The position numbers were made by a program, and so were the translations under genes. A stretch of 64,000 nucleotides of DNA from Actinomycetes bacterium (GTDB taxonomy: Bacteria > Actinomycetota > Acidimicrobiia > Acidimicrobiales > CADCSY01): the NCBI GenBank assembly GCA_031399525.1, contig JANNOZ010000002.1, positions 129,897-193,896 of the forward strand. The letters run 5' to 3'. Shown here one piece after another: positions 30,940 to 38,969 of this stretch. The notes under the pieces were generated by a model that ran no database searches, was not told the origin of the DNA, and saw nothing but the letters and a program-made list of their open reading frames with translations. Numbering within the stretch: the first letter of the stretch is position 1; every line of letters begins with the position of its first letter.

Positions 30940-31293
30940 ATGACCCAGTACCTGTTGTCGGTGTGGCACGTCGGTGACTACCCCACCCCGCCGCCCGACC
31001 AGCTCGAGAAGATGATGGCCGACGTGGGTGCGTTCAACGCCGAGCTGCAGCAAGCGGGCATGTACGTATTCGCCGGGGGACTCCAGCCCCGAAGCTCGGC
31101 CACCGTCCTGCGGGTGGCCGAGGGCGGAGTGACGATGACCGACGGCCCCTTCGCCGAATCCAAGGAGCAGATGGGCGGGTTCTGGATCATCGAGGCTCCC
31201 GACCTCGATGTGGCCCTCGAGTGGGCCACCAAGGGAGCGACCGCCTGCCAGGAAGTGGTCGAGGTGCGCCCCTTCCAGGGCGAGGACGGCTGA
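30940..31293 (+). CDS. YciI-like protein with DGPF motif
   Basis: ATG 30940 after GAGGAG. Motifs MTDGPFAESKEQMGGFWIIE and VEVRPF. Confidence 0.8.
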   Translation: MTQYLLSVWHVGDYPTPPPDQLEKMMADVGAFNAELQQAGMYVFAGGLQPRSSATVLRVAEGGVTMTDGPFAESKEQMGGFWIIEAPDLDVALEWATKGATACQEVVEVRPFQGEDG

Positions 31294-31320
31294 GCCTCGA
31301 CCCCCGGCGCAACGACCCAC

Positions 31321-32574
31321 ATGAGCGACGCCGATGTCCTCGGTGAGATCTACCGGCGAGAGGCCGGACGGTGCCTGGCCACCCTGGTGCGGGTGCTGGG
31401 CGACGTCGATCTCGCCGAGGACGCGGTCGCCGAGGCCTTCGCCATCGCTGCGCAACGGTGGCCCGACACTGGGGTCCCGCCCAACCCCGGTGGGTGGATC
31501 ACCACCACGGCCCGTAACCGGGCCATCGACCGGTTGCGCCGGGAGTCGACCCGCCAGCAACGCCACGTCGAGGCCCAGCACCTGTACACCCATGACCCGG
31601 ACGACGGCGATGACGACATGAACGCCGACCTGGGAGATCTCGACGTCGTCCCCGACGACCAGCTGCGATTGCTGTTCTTGTGCTGTCACCCGGCGCTGGC
31701 ACCCGACACCCAGGTGGCGCTCACCCTGCGGCTCCTCGGAGGGCTCGAGACCCCCGAGATCGCCCGGGCGTTCCTGGTGCCCGAGGCGACCATGGCCCAA
31801 CGCCTGGTCCGGGCCAAGCGCAAAATCCGCGACAACAACATGGCCTATCGCATCCCTCCGGCGGCCGAACTCCCCGATCGGCTGGGACCCGTGCTGGCCA
31901 CCATCTACCTGATCTACAACGAAGGCCACACCTCCACCACCGGCGCGCTCACCCGCACCGAGCTGTCCGACGAGGCCATCCGCCTGGCCCGGGTCTTGGT
32001 CGAGCTGATGCCCGATGAGCCCGAGGCCGTCGGACTGCTGGCCATGCTGTTGCTCACCGAAGCCCGACGCCCGGCCCGCACCGCGTCCGACGGTTCGCTC
32101 GTCCGCCTGGCCGACCAGGACCGCCGCCTGTGGGACCGGGCCCACATCGCCGAAGGCCACGACCTGGTGCGGGCCTGTCTGCGCCGAAATCAGCCCGGGC
32201 CCTACCAACTCCAAGCGGCCATCGCCGCGGTCCACGCCTCGGCCGGGTCGGCGGCCGACACCGACTGGGCCCAGATCGTCGTGCTCTACGACCAGCTCTC
32301 GGTGGTGGCGCCCAACGACGTGGTCGCCCTCAACCGGGCCGTGGCGGTGGCCGAGCTGCAGGGTCCGGCGGCAGGACTCGATGCGCTGGAAGGGATCGAG
32401 CTTGACCGGTACCACCTGTTCCACGCCACCCGGGCCGAGCTGCTCACCCGGCTGGGCCGCATGGCGGCCGCTCGGGAGGCCTACGACCGGGCACTGGCGT
32501 TGGTCACCAACGACGCCGAGCGCCGATTCCTCACCGACCGCCGCGCCGCAGTGGCCGCCGGCGACGAGGTCTGA
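31321..32574 (+). CDS. ECF sigma factor with long C-terminal TPR-like extension (ECF42-like)
   Basis: 417 aa. Sigma-2 region ([21 protein letters not shown]), sigma-4 region ([18 protein letters not shown]), then about 230 aa of helical repeats. The DGPF gene lies directly upstream and no anti-sigma gene is present. Confidence 0.8.
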   Translation: MSDADVLGEIYRREAGRCLATLVRVLGDVDLAEDAVAEAFAIAAQRWPDTGVPPNPGGWITTTARNRAIDRLRRESTRQQRHVEAQHLYTHDPDDGDDDMNADLGDLDVVPDDQLRLLFLCCHPALAPDTQVALTLRLLGGLETPEIARAFLVPEATMAQRLVRAKRKIRDNNMAYRIPPAAELPDRLGPVLATIYLIYNEGHTSTTGALTRTELSDEAIRLARVLVELMPDEPEAVGLLAMLLLTEARRPARTASDGSLVRLADQDRRLWDRAHIAEGHDLVRACLRRNQPGPYQLQAAIAAVHASAGSAADTDWAQIVVLYDQLSVVAPNDVVALNRAVAVAELQGPAAGLDALEGIELDRYHLFHATRAELLTRLGRMAAAREAYDRALALVTNDAERRFLTDRRAAVAAGDEV

Positions 32575-32582
32575 CCCCTTGG

Positions 32583-33164
32583 CTAACGGTCGCGCAGGCC
32601 CTTGCCTTCGAGGATCTTCGGGGCGCACTTCTCGACCCGGTCCTCACGGGTCTTGGCCTGCTTGGCGTCGGAGATGTGGAGGTTGTACTCCCGCTGGCGG
32701 CCTGGGGTCAGGGCCGAGAAGGCGGCCTGGAGCTCGGGGTCGAGGTCGAGCCGGTGCTGGAGCTCGGCGACCAAGACCAGCTCGGGGGCCGGGCCAACCT
32801 CCAAACCGGCCTTCTCCGCGTCAACGGCTTCCTCGACGTAGTTGGCGATCACCTCGGTGTGCTGGGTCACGTCATCGACCGAGGTGAACTGCATGCGCAT
32901 GGCCGAGCGAGAGTTGGGGCCCTGCTCCTTGAGCACCCCAGCTGTGTCGTCGAGCAGCGCACCCTTGAAGAACATGAGGGCCAGGAAGTCCTTCATCTCC
33001 TGGATAATGACGATGTTCTTGTCGTCGTGGCTGTAACAGGGCTTGCCCCACTTGATCTCTTCGGTCAGACCGGCGTCGAGCAGGATCGAGCGCAAAGCAC
33101 CCATCTCCTCGGGCCACTGCTTCGACCGAGCGATGTATGCGTCGACCTTGGAGTTGGTTGCCAC
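32583..33164 (-). CDS. YdeI/DUF1801-type protein
   Basis: GTG start. Motifs VDAYIARSKQWPEEMGALRSILL and EEIKWGKPCY. Confidence 0.5.
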   Translation of the reverse strand: MATNSKVDAYIARSKQWPEEMGALRSILLDAGLTEEIKWGKPCYSHDDKNIVIIQEMKDFLALMFFKGALLDDTAGVLKEQGPNSRSAMRMQFTSVDDVTQHTEVIANYVEEAVDAEKAGLEVGPAPELVLVAELQHRLDLDPELQAAFSALTPGRQREYNLHISDAKQAKTREDRVEKCAPKILEGKGLRDR

Positions 33165-33219
33165 GGCGCTCAGAGTAGGAGCGCGGGGTGACCGGGCCCA
33201 ATGGTCACTGCGAGGGTGC

Positions 33220-33246
33220 GGTCACATTTCGGCTGCGGAGTGCGTC
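33220..33246 (+). promoter_or_regulatory. candidate ECF41-type promoter (GGTCACA-N16-CGTC)
   Basis: GGTCACA 33220-26, a 16-nt spacer, then CGTC 33243-46, 15 nt before ATG 33261. Matches the ECF41 consensus as I recall it (TGTCACA-N16-CGTC). Confidence 0.35.
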
Positions 33247-33260
33247 TACAAACTGTGACC

Positions 33261-34139
33261 ATGAACCCGAGTGCCTTCGATGCCGAGCGAGCCCGATTGA
33301 CGGCGATCGCCACCCGCATCGTCGGGTCGGCTGCCGACGCCGACGACGTCGTGCAGGAGGCCCGGATTCGGTTCGTCGCGACTGACGATGTCGAGAACGC
33401 CCAAGCGTGGCTCACGACCGTGGTCACCCGGCTGTGCCTCGATCACCTCCGAAGGAGCAAGACCCGGGCCGACGCCGAGGAGGCCACGTTCACCGAGCCT
33501 GAGCCGATCGACCCAGAAGCCGACGCCTTGTTGGCCGAGCGGGTGGGCGGCGCTATGCACGTTGTCCTCGACACCCTCGCCCCGGCCGAGCGAGCAGCCT
33601 TCGTGTTGCACGACGTCTTCGGCTATCCGTTCGACGAGATCAGCGCCATCCTCGGTCGGTCAACGACGGCTGTGCGCCAACTGGCGAGCCGGGCCCGCCG
33701 CAAGGTGCACGGCGCCCCTGAGCCGGCGTCGGAACGTCGATCTCGAGACCAGGACGAGGTTGTTTTGCGAGCGTTCCTGGCCGCAGCTCGGGGTGGTGAT
33801 CTGGCCACCCTGCTCTCGTTGCTGGCCCCCGACGCGGTCATGCGAGCTGACCTCATCGGCCAGCAGATGGGCAGCGAGCCGGTCTACGAGGGCGCAGCCG
33901 CGGTCGCTGGCCGTCTCGACGGGGCCAAGGGTGCGATGCCGGCCCTCATCGACGGCGTCCTCGGCGCGGCGTGGATCGCCGGCCACGACGTCAAGGTGGC
34001 CTTCGTGTTCCACCTCGACGACGGCCTCGTACGCGAGGTCGAGCTGATCGCCGACCCATATGTGTTGACCACCCTCGACGTCGTACGGCTTCGAGCCGAC
34101 GATCACACCCCACCACTCAACCAAGGAGACCCGCGATGA
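33261..34139 (+). CDS. ECF sigma factor with SnoaL-like C-terminal extension (ECF41 / SigJ-like)
   Basis: ATG 33261 inside ORF 33201..34139. Motifs DDVVQEARIRF, WLTTVVTRLCLDHLR and FVLHDVFGYPFDEISAILGRS, plus about 100 extra C-terminal residues. Confidence 0.8.
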   Translation: MNPSAFDAERARLTAIATRIVGSAADADDVVQEARIRFVATDDVENAQAWLTTVVTRLCLDHLRRSKTRADAEEATFTEPEPIDPEADALLAERVGGAMHVVLDTLAPAERAAFVLHDVFGYPFDEISAILGRSTTAVRQLASRARRKVHGAPEPASERRSRDQDEVVLRAFLAAARGGDLATLLSLLAPDAVMRADLIGQQMGSEPVYEGAAAVAGRLDGAKGAMPALIDGVLGAAWIAGHDVKVAFVFHLDDGLVREVELIADPYVLTTLDVVRLRADDHTPPLNQGDPR

Positions 34140-34372
34140 AGACCATGACCTGTTCTCAACTGGGCGGACCCTGCGGGTTCGAACTGCGGGGCGACTCGGC
34201 CGACGACATCATCAACGCCCAGGATGAACACCTCAAGGAGATGGAGGCCGGCGGTGACGTGGCCCACCAGCCGGCGCGCGACGCAATGAAGGGTCGGTGG
34301 AAGCGGCCGGTGTCGGGGATGCGGTGGTACCGCAGCGTCAAGCGCGATTTCGCCGCCCTCCCCGAGATCTAG
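34136..34372 (+). CDS. DUF1059-like small protein
   Basis: ATG 34136 overlaps the sigma gene stop (ATGA), with AAGGAG upstream. Sequence MKTMTCSQLGGPCGFELRGDSADDIINAQDEHLKE. Confidence 0.55.
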   Translation: MKTMTCSQLGGPCGFELRGDSADDIINAQDEHLKEMEAGGDVAHQPARDAMKGRWKRPVSGMRWYRSVKRDFAALPEI

Positions 34373-34403
34373 CGGGCCCAGTTCGGCGCTCGACGTAGCG
34401 CAC

Positions 34404-35369
34404 TCACGGGACGATGACCACCTTGCCCCGGACCTGTCCGGCCTCGAGGGCGCGCATGGCGGTCGACGCTTCGGCCAGCGGGTACGAGCGATCGACGGCC
34501 GGCACGACTAGCCCGTCGTCGATCAGCTCGGTCAGACGCTCGAGGGGGACGTAGTTGTCCTTGGCGACGAACATGGTCAGGCGCTGGCTGACCAGCGGAG
34601 ACAGCGCGACGGCTCGGATCTGTCGGCCGATTCCCAATAGCCGACCGCCCCCCTCGCCTCCGACGATCACGAGCGTGCCCCGCCGGGTGAGGACCCGTCG
34701 CAGCCGGGCCAGCGAGGCGCTTCCTCCGATGTCGAGGATCAGGTCGTAGCGCTGCGGGCCGGCGGCGAAGTCGTCACGGGTGTAGTCCACGACGTGGTCG
34801 GCGCCGAGGGATCGGACGAGATCGACCTTGGCGGTGCTGCACACTGCGGTGACGGTGGCACCGTTGGCCTTGGCGATCTGGACGGCGAAGGTCCCCACAC
34901 CGCCGGACGCACCGGTGATCAAGACGTGCTGACCGGCCTCGAGTCGGCCCACATCGAGCAACCCCTGCTGGGCCGTGAGCCCTGAGACCGGGACGGTGGC
35001 GGCCTGCTCGAAGGTGAGCCGCGACGGCTTGGTGGCCAGCTTGCTCTCGAGAGCAGCGGCGAACTCGGCAAAGGAACCCTTGCCCACGCCATACACCTCG
35101 TCGCCCGGCCGGAACCGAGTCACCGATGACCCAATGGCGGCAACCACTCCGGCCAGGTCGCTCCCGGGCACCGGGTTCTTGGGGGTCCGCAGCCCGAAGA
35201 CCAGTCGGGCCACGTAGGGCTCCCCGGTCATCAGATGCCACGTGCCCCGGTCGAGTCCGGCGGCCCGGACCGCTACGAGCACTTCGTCAGCGCCGATGGC
35301 CGGTTGATCGAGGTCATCGAGATGCAGCTCGTCGGCCGAGCCATACCTGCGCTGGACAATCGCCCGCAT
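34404..35369 (-). CDS. NADPH:quinone oxidoreductase / zinc-type alcohol dehydrogenase family
   Basis: ATG 35369 after AGGAGG. Cofactor motif GASGGVGTFAVQIAK. Confidence 0.85.
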   Translation of the reverse strand: MRAIVQRRYGSADELHLDDLDQPAIGADEVLVAVRAAGLDRGTWHLMTGEPYVARLVFGLRTPKNPVPGSDLAGVVAAIGSSVTRFRPGDEVYGVGKGSFAEFAAALESKLATKPSRLTFEQAATVPVSGLTAQQGLLDVGRLEAGQHVLITGASGGVGTFAVQIAKANGATVTAVCSTAKVDLVRSLGADHVVDYTRDDFAAGPQRYDLILDIGGSASLARLRRVLTRRGTLVIVGGEGGGRLLGIGRQIRAVALSPLVSQRLTMFVAKDNYVPLERLTELIDDGLVVPAVDRSYPLAEASTAMRALEAGQVRGKVVIVP

Positions 35370-35492
35370 CGGACACCTCCTGGTGGTGGACGTCGATTCG
35401 ATGATGCCCCAGCCCGGCCAGGCCCTACCGCAGTCGCGAGGTGCGAGTCCATACGCTGGCGCTCCCACGCACGAGGAGATCGTCGGACACCA

Positions 35493-36233
35493 ATGCTCGA
35501 GAACCTGACCATCTGGGCCACTGATGTGGTGGAGAGGCTCGGCTACGTCGGCGTCGCGCTCCTCGTCGCCATCGAGAACCTCTTCCCACCGATCCCCTCG
35601 GAGGTGGTGCTCGGGTTGGCGGGTTACACCGCGTCGAAGGGCGACGCGTGGGTGGTCGGCATGATCATCGCCGCCACCATCGGCTCGGTGGTCGGGGCCT
35701 GGGTGCTGTACGGATTCGCGGCGGCGGTCGGTCCCCTGCGGCTACGGGCCATCATCATCCGGTACGGCCCGTGGATCGGCTTCGGGGAATCCGACCTCGA
35801 CCGGGCCGAGGGGTGGTTCGATCGCCGGTCGCGTTGGGCGGTGCTGCTGTGTCGATGCGTGCCGCTGCTCCGCTCGCTGATCTCGATCCCGGCTGGCTTC
35901 CGGCGTATGCCGCTGGCCAGCTTCACGATCTTCACTCTCATCGGCAGCCTGATCTGGAACACGGTCCTGATCGTCGCCGGGTACCTACTCGCCGACCAGT
36001 GGGAGAGGGTGCTCGAATTCACCGAGCCGTTCCAGACCCTCGTGCTGGCGCTCATCGGAATGCTGGTGGTGGCCATGGTGGTCCGCAAGGTGGTGTTGAC
36101 CAAGCGGGAGCGGGCCGCCGAGGAAGCGGCCCATGGGGACTTGACCCACGAGCCCCTCGAGGAGGTCGTCCAGGACCTCGAAGAACAGGCCGAGCACGAT
36201 CCCGTCCTGCGCTCGAAGCTCCACGACGTCTGA
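35493..36233 (+). CDS. DedA family membrane protein
   Basis: ATG 35493 inside ORF 35235..36233. Motifs VAIENLFPPIPSEVVL and RCVPLLRSLISIPAG. Confidence 0.8.
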   Translation: MLENLTIWATDVVERLGYVGVALLVAIENLFPPIPSEVVLGLAGYTASKGDAWVVGMIIAATIGSVVGAWVLYGFAAAVGPLRLRAIIIRYGPWIGFGESDLDRAEGWFDRRSRWAVLLCRCVPLLRSLISIPAGFRRMPLASFTIFTLIGSLIWNTVLIVAGYLLADQWERVLEFTEPFQTLVLALIGMLVVAMVVRKVVLTKRERAAEEAAHGDLTHEPLEEVVQDLEEQAEHDPVLRSKLHDV

Positions 36234-36271
36234 TCCCCGCCGCCGCCGCCGCCCGGCCCGGCCCGGCGAAA

Positions 36272-36342
36272 CTGGGATCACTACCTGTCGGAACCCGACA
36301 GCTATCGACCCGAGAAGGAGTTGCGACAGGTATCGATCCGAG
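36272..36342 (+). repeat. structured intergenic palindromic element, copy B (71 bp)
   Basis: CTGGGATCACTACCTGTCG (36272-90), inverted CCGACAGCTATCGACCCGAG (36295-314), AAGGAG, then CGACAGGTATCGATCCGAG (36324-42). Lies between the convergent dedA and GNAT genes. Confidence 0.85.
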
Positions 36343-36372
36343 TACCCGGCCTCGGCGCTCCGCGAGAAGTCG

Positions 36373-36852
36373 CTACGAGCTGTCGCCCAACTCGAACATG
36401 GTCACCGGAACCGGTCGGCCCCCGATGGCCTCGTAGAACTTGAGGGCGTGGTCGTCGTCGTTGTCGGCCAAGACGAACACGCCCTCGATGGCGTCAGCGG
36501 CAGCCCCGGCGACGACGGCGTCGATGAGTCGGCGACCGATGCCGCTGCGCTGCATCTCCGGGAGAACGGCCAGGTCGTAGACGAACAACTCACGACCTTC
36601 GCCGCGGGTCATGACCAGTTCGTGAGCGGTCAGACCACCGACGACCTCGTCACCGACGAGGGCGGCCACGGCCCAGAAATCACGACGGGCGAGCAGCCCA
36701 CTGACGTAGTCATCAGCCAGCTCTTCGGCGTCGGCGCCGAACACGTCATCGAGCAGGCTGAACATGGCTCGGGCCCGGTCGAGGTCGCCCGGCCCGAGCC
36801 GCACCACACCGACGTCGGCGCGGCCCAGGGCTCCGTCGGGGCTACCTAGCAT
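36373..36852 (-). CDS. GNAT N-acetyltransferase, AAC(3)-I-like by eye
   Basis: Motifs ELFVYDLAVLPEMQRSGIGRRLI and VFVLADNDDDHALKFYEAIGG resemble AAC(3)-I enzymes. The start (ATG 36852) is uncertain. Confidence 0.55.
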   Translation of the reverse strand: MLGSPDGALGRADVGVVRLGPGDLDRARAMFSLLDDVFGADAEELADDYVSGLLARRDFWAVAALVGDEVVGGLTAHELVMTRGEGRELFVYDLAVLPEMQRSGIGRRLIDAVVAGAAADAIEGVFVLADNDDDHALKFYEAIGGRPVPVTMFELGDSS

Positions 36853-36950
36853 CGGTGGAAGTGGCCCGGGAGTGTCACTGCGTCCGATCATTCTCGTGGG
36901 TCGCCATGACCACAAGACTTGGTGGCGCAGTTCACACCGAGGAGATCTCC

Positions 36951-37610
36951 ATGTCGCGCCAGAGCCGCCGATGGGTTCGATCGTTGGTCGGCGGCGCGCT
37001 CGTGTTCGCTGGCATCACGACGGTCAGGGCCCGCCTGCTCCGGTGGGGCGCTTCCGATGACGAGCTGAGCGTCATCTGGCCTGGAGACGAACTGTTGCCG
37101 GCCCCGAATCTGACCGCGACGCGGTCGGTCACGATCGCTGCGCCGCTCGAGGAGGTGTGGCCCTGGATCGTGCAAATTGGCCAGGGCCGAGGTGGCTTCT
37201 ACACCTATGACTGGCTCGAGAACCTGGTTGGGGCGGACATTCACAGTGCCCGCACGGTCTTGCCCGAGTTCCAGCATCCCGGCATCGGCGACGACATCAG
37301 GCTCGCTCCCGAGATGGCGCTGCGGGTGGCGGAGGTGGATCCGCCTCGCGCTCTCGTGCTGCGGGGCGGGACTCCCACTGACGAGGGGGGTCCTCCGTAC
37401 GACTTCACCTGGGCCTTTACGCTCAGCCCCCGCCCTGACGGATCCACCCGCCTCGTCATCCGCGAGCGATACGCCTACACCCGTTGGTGGGTCGCTCTCA
37501 TGGTCGAACCGATCGAGGTGATCAGCTTCGTGATGACCCAGCGCATGCTCCGCGGCATCAAGGAGCGGGCCGAACGAACGACCCGAGCGTCGGGGCTGTT
37601 CGACGCCTGA
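36951..37610 (+). CDS. SRPBCC family protein
   Basis: ATG 36951 after GAGGAG. N-terminal TM helix, then motifs VWPWIVQIGQGRGGFYTYDWLEN. Confidence 0.55.
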   Translation: MSRQSRRWVRSLVGGALVFAGITTVRARLLRWGASDDELSVIWPGDELLPAPNLTATRSVTIAAPLEEVWPWIVQIGQGRGGFYTYDWLENLVGADIHSARTVLPEFQHPGIGDDIRLAPEMALRVAEVDPPRALVLRGGTPTDEGGPPYDFTWAFTLSPRPDGSTRLVIRERYAYTRWWVALMVEPIEVISFVMTQRMLRGIKERAERTTRASGLFDA

Positions 37611-37633
37611 GCCCGAGCGCCTACCGTGGGCCG

Positions 37634-38506
37634 GTGCGGGCGATCCTCTTGCTGCGATGCGTCGATCGCCCTGGGATCGTCGGCGCGGTGGGTTCGACCA
37701 TCGAGGCCCTCGGCGGCAACATCGTCGCCGCCGACCAGCACCGCGACGAGCGAGCTGGCGGGCCGCCGGTGTTCCTGCAACGGGTCGAGTTCGACGTCGC
37801 CGACCAGCCCGCCGATGATCTGCGGGCCGCAATGGTTCGGGCGCTCGCCGACCGCTTCGACTTGGACGTCGAGATCGGCGTCGAGGGCGAACCTCGACGC
37901 CTGGTGGTGCTGGTGTCTCGACCCGGACACTGCCTGGCCGACCTCCTCGGTCGCGACCAGCTCGACCAGATGTCGTCGCTGCCCGGCTTCGGGGGGCGCA
38001 TCACCGCCGTGGTCTCCGACCACGACGACCACCACGATCTGGTGACGCGCCTGGGCATTCCCTTCCACCACCTACCCGTGGACGGCCGCAGCCGGGACGA
38101 CCACGAGCGTGACGTGGCCGAGACGGTGGCCGGCTACCACCCCGACCTGGTGGTGCTGGCCCGCTACATGCGGATTCTCCCGGCGTGGTTCGTCGATCGC
38201 CACCAGGGCCAGATGATCAACGTGCACCACTCGTTCCTCCCCGCCTTCGTTGGCGCCGGGGCCTACCGCCAGGCCCACGAACGGGGGGTGAAGGTCATCG
38301 GGGCGACCGCTCATTACGTAGAGGCCGAGCTCGATGAGGGGCCGATCATCACCCAGCGGACGCTGGCCGTGAGCCACCGCGACGACGCTCAGGCCCTGGC
38401 CTCGCGAGGTCGAGACGTCGAGCGAATCGTGCTGGCCGAGGCCGTCCGGCTCCACCTCGAGCGCCGGGTCCTGGTCGACCGCGGCCGCACTGCCATCTTC
38501 GACTGA
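37634..38506 (+). CDS. purU: formyltetrahydrofolate deformylase
   Basis: GTG 37634 inside ORF 37484..38506. ACT-like N-terminus (LLLRCVDRPGIVGAVG), then formyltransferase motif NVHHSFLPAFVGAGAYRQAHERGVKVIGATAHYV. Confidence 0.85.
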   Translation: MRAILLLRCVDRPGIVGAVGSTIEALGGNIVAADQHRDERAGGPPVFLQRVEFDVADQPADDLRAAMVRALADRFDLDVEIGVEGEPRRLVVLVSRPGHCLADLLGRDQLDQMSSLPGFGGRITAVVSDHDDHHDLVTRLGIPFHHLPVDGRSRDDHERDVAETVAGYHPDLVVLARYMRILPAWFVDRHQGQMINVHHSFLPAFVGAGAYRQAHERGVKVIGATAHYVEAELDEGPIITQRTLAVSHRDDAQALASRGRDVERIVLAEAVRLHLERRVLVDRGRTAIFD

Positions 38507-38545
38507 CCTGGATCACCCGAGGACGGCGACGCCACTACTGCCGCG

Positions 38546-38579
38546 TTGCTGCTTACTCACTAACATGACATAATTGTCA
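38546..38579 (+). promoter_or_regulatory. candidate sigma70-type promoter with overlapping 14-bp palindrome (ArsR-type operator candidate)
   Basis: TTGCTG (38546-51), a 17-nt spacer, CATAAT (38569-74). Perfect palindrome TGACA-TAAT-TGTCA at 38566-79. Lies in the only AT-rich patch of the region, 25 nt before arsR. Confidence 0.5.
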
Positions 38580-38603
38580 AGTCTTCAACCATGAGGCCCG
38601 CTC

Positions 38604-38969
38604 ATGACCGGTGACCCCTTGGACGTATCGCTGAGTCGTCCGCTGTCGGAGGTCAAAGCTGATCTCTTCCGGGCGCTGGCCCATCCCGCTCGTGTACGTG
38701 CCCTCGAGATCCTCGCCGAGGGCGAGTGCTCGGTCGGCGACATGGCATCGCTCGTCGGCATCGAGCTGTCGCATCTGTCCCAGCAGCTGGCGGTCCTACG
38801 CCGGGCCAGCTTGGTGACGACCCGCAAGGAGGGCTCCACTGTGTTCTACGCGGTGCGCGACCCTGCAGTCGTCGAGCTCCTCGCCGCCGCCAAACGGGTC
38901 CTCATCAACTCGTTGTCCGAGACCCAGGCGCTCCTGCAAGAACTCCACGTCGAGCGAGCCGAGCCATGA
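38604..38969 (+). CDS. ArsR/SmtB family transcriptional regulator
   Basis: Motifs LFRALAHPARVRALEILAEGECSVGDM and HLSQQLAVLRRASLV. Contains a single Cys. Confidence 0.85.
   Translation: MTGDPLDVSLSRPLSEVKADLFRALAHPARVRALEILAEGECSVGDMASLVGIELSHLSQQLAVLRRASLVTTRKEGSTVFYAVRDPAVVELLAAAKRVLINSLSETQALLQELHVERAEP

Noticed and set aside
30859-32628. 589-aa minus-strand ORF antisense to the YciI and ECF42 genes
   Set aside because: It crosses an intergenic region and two good genes and carries no motifs.
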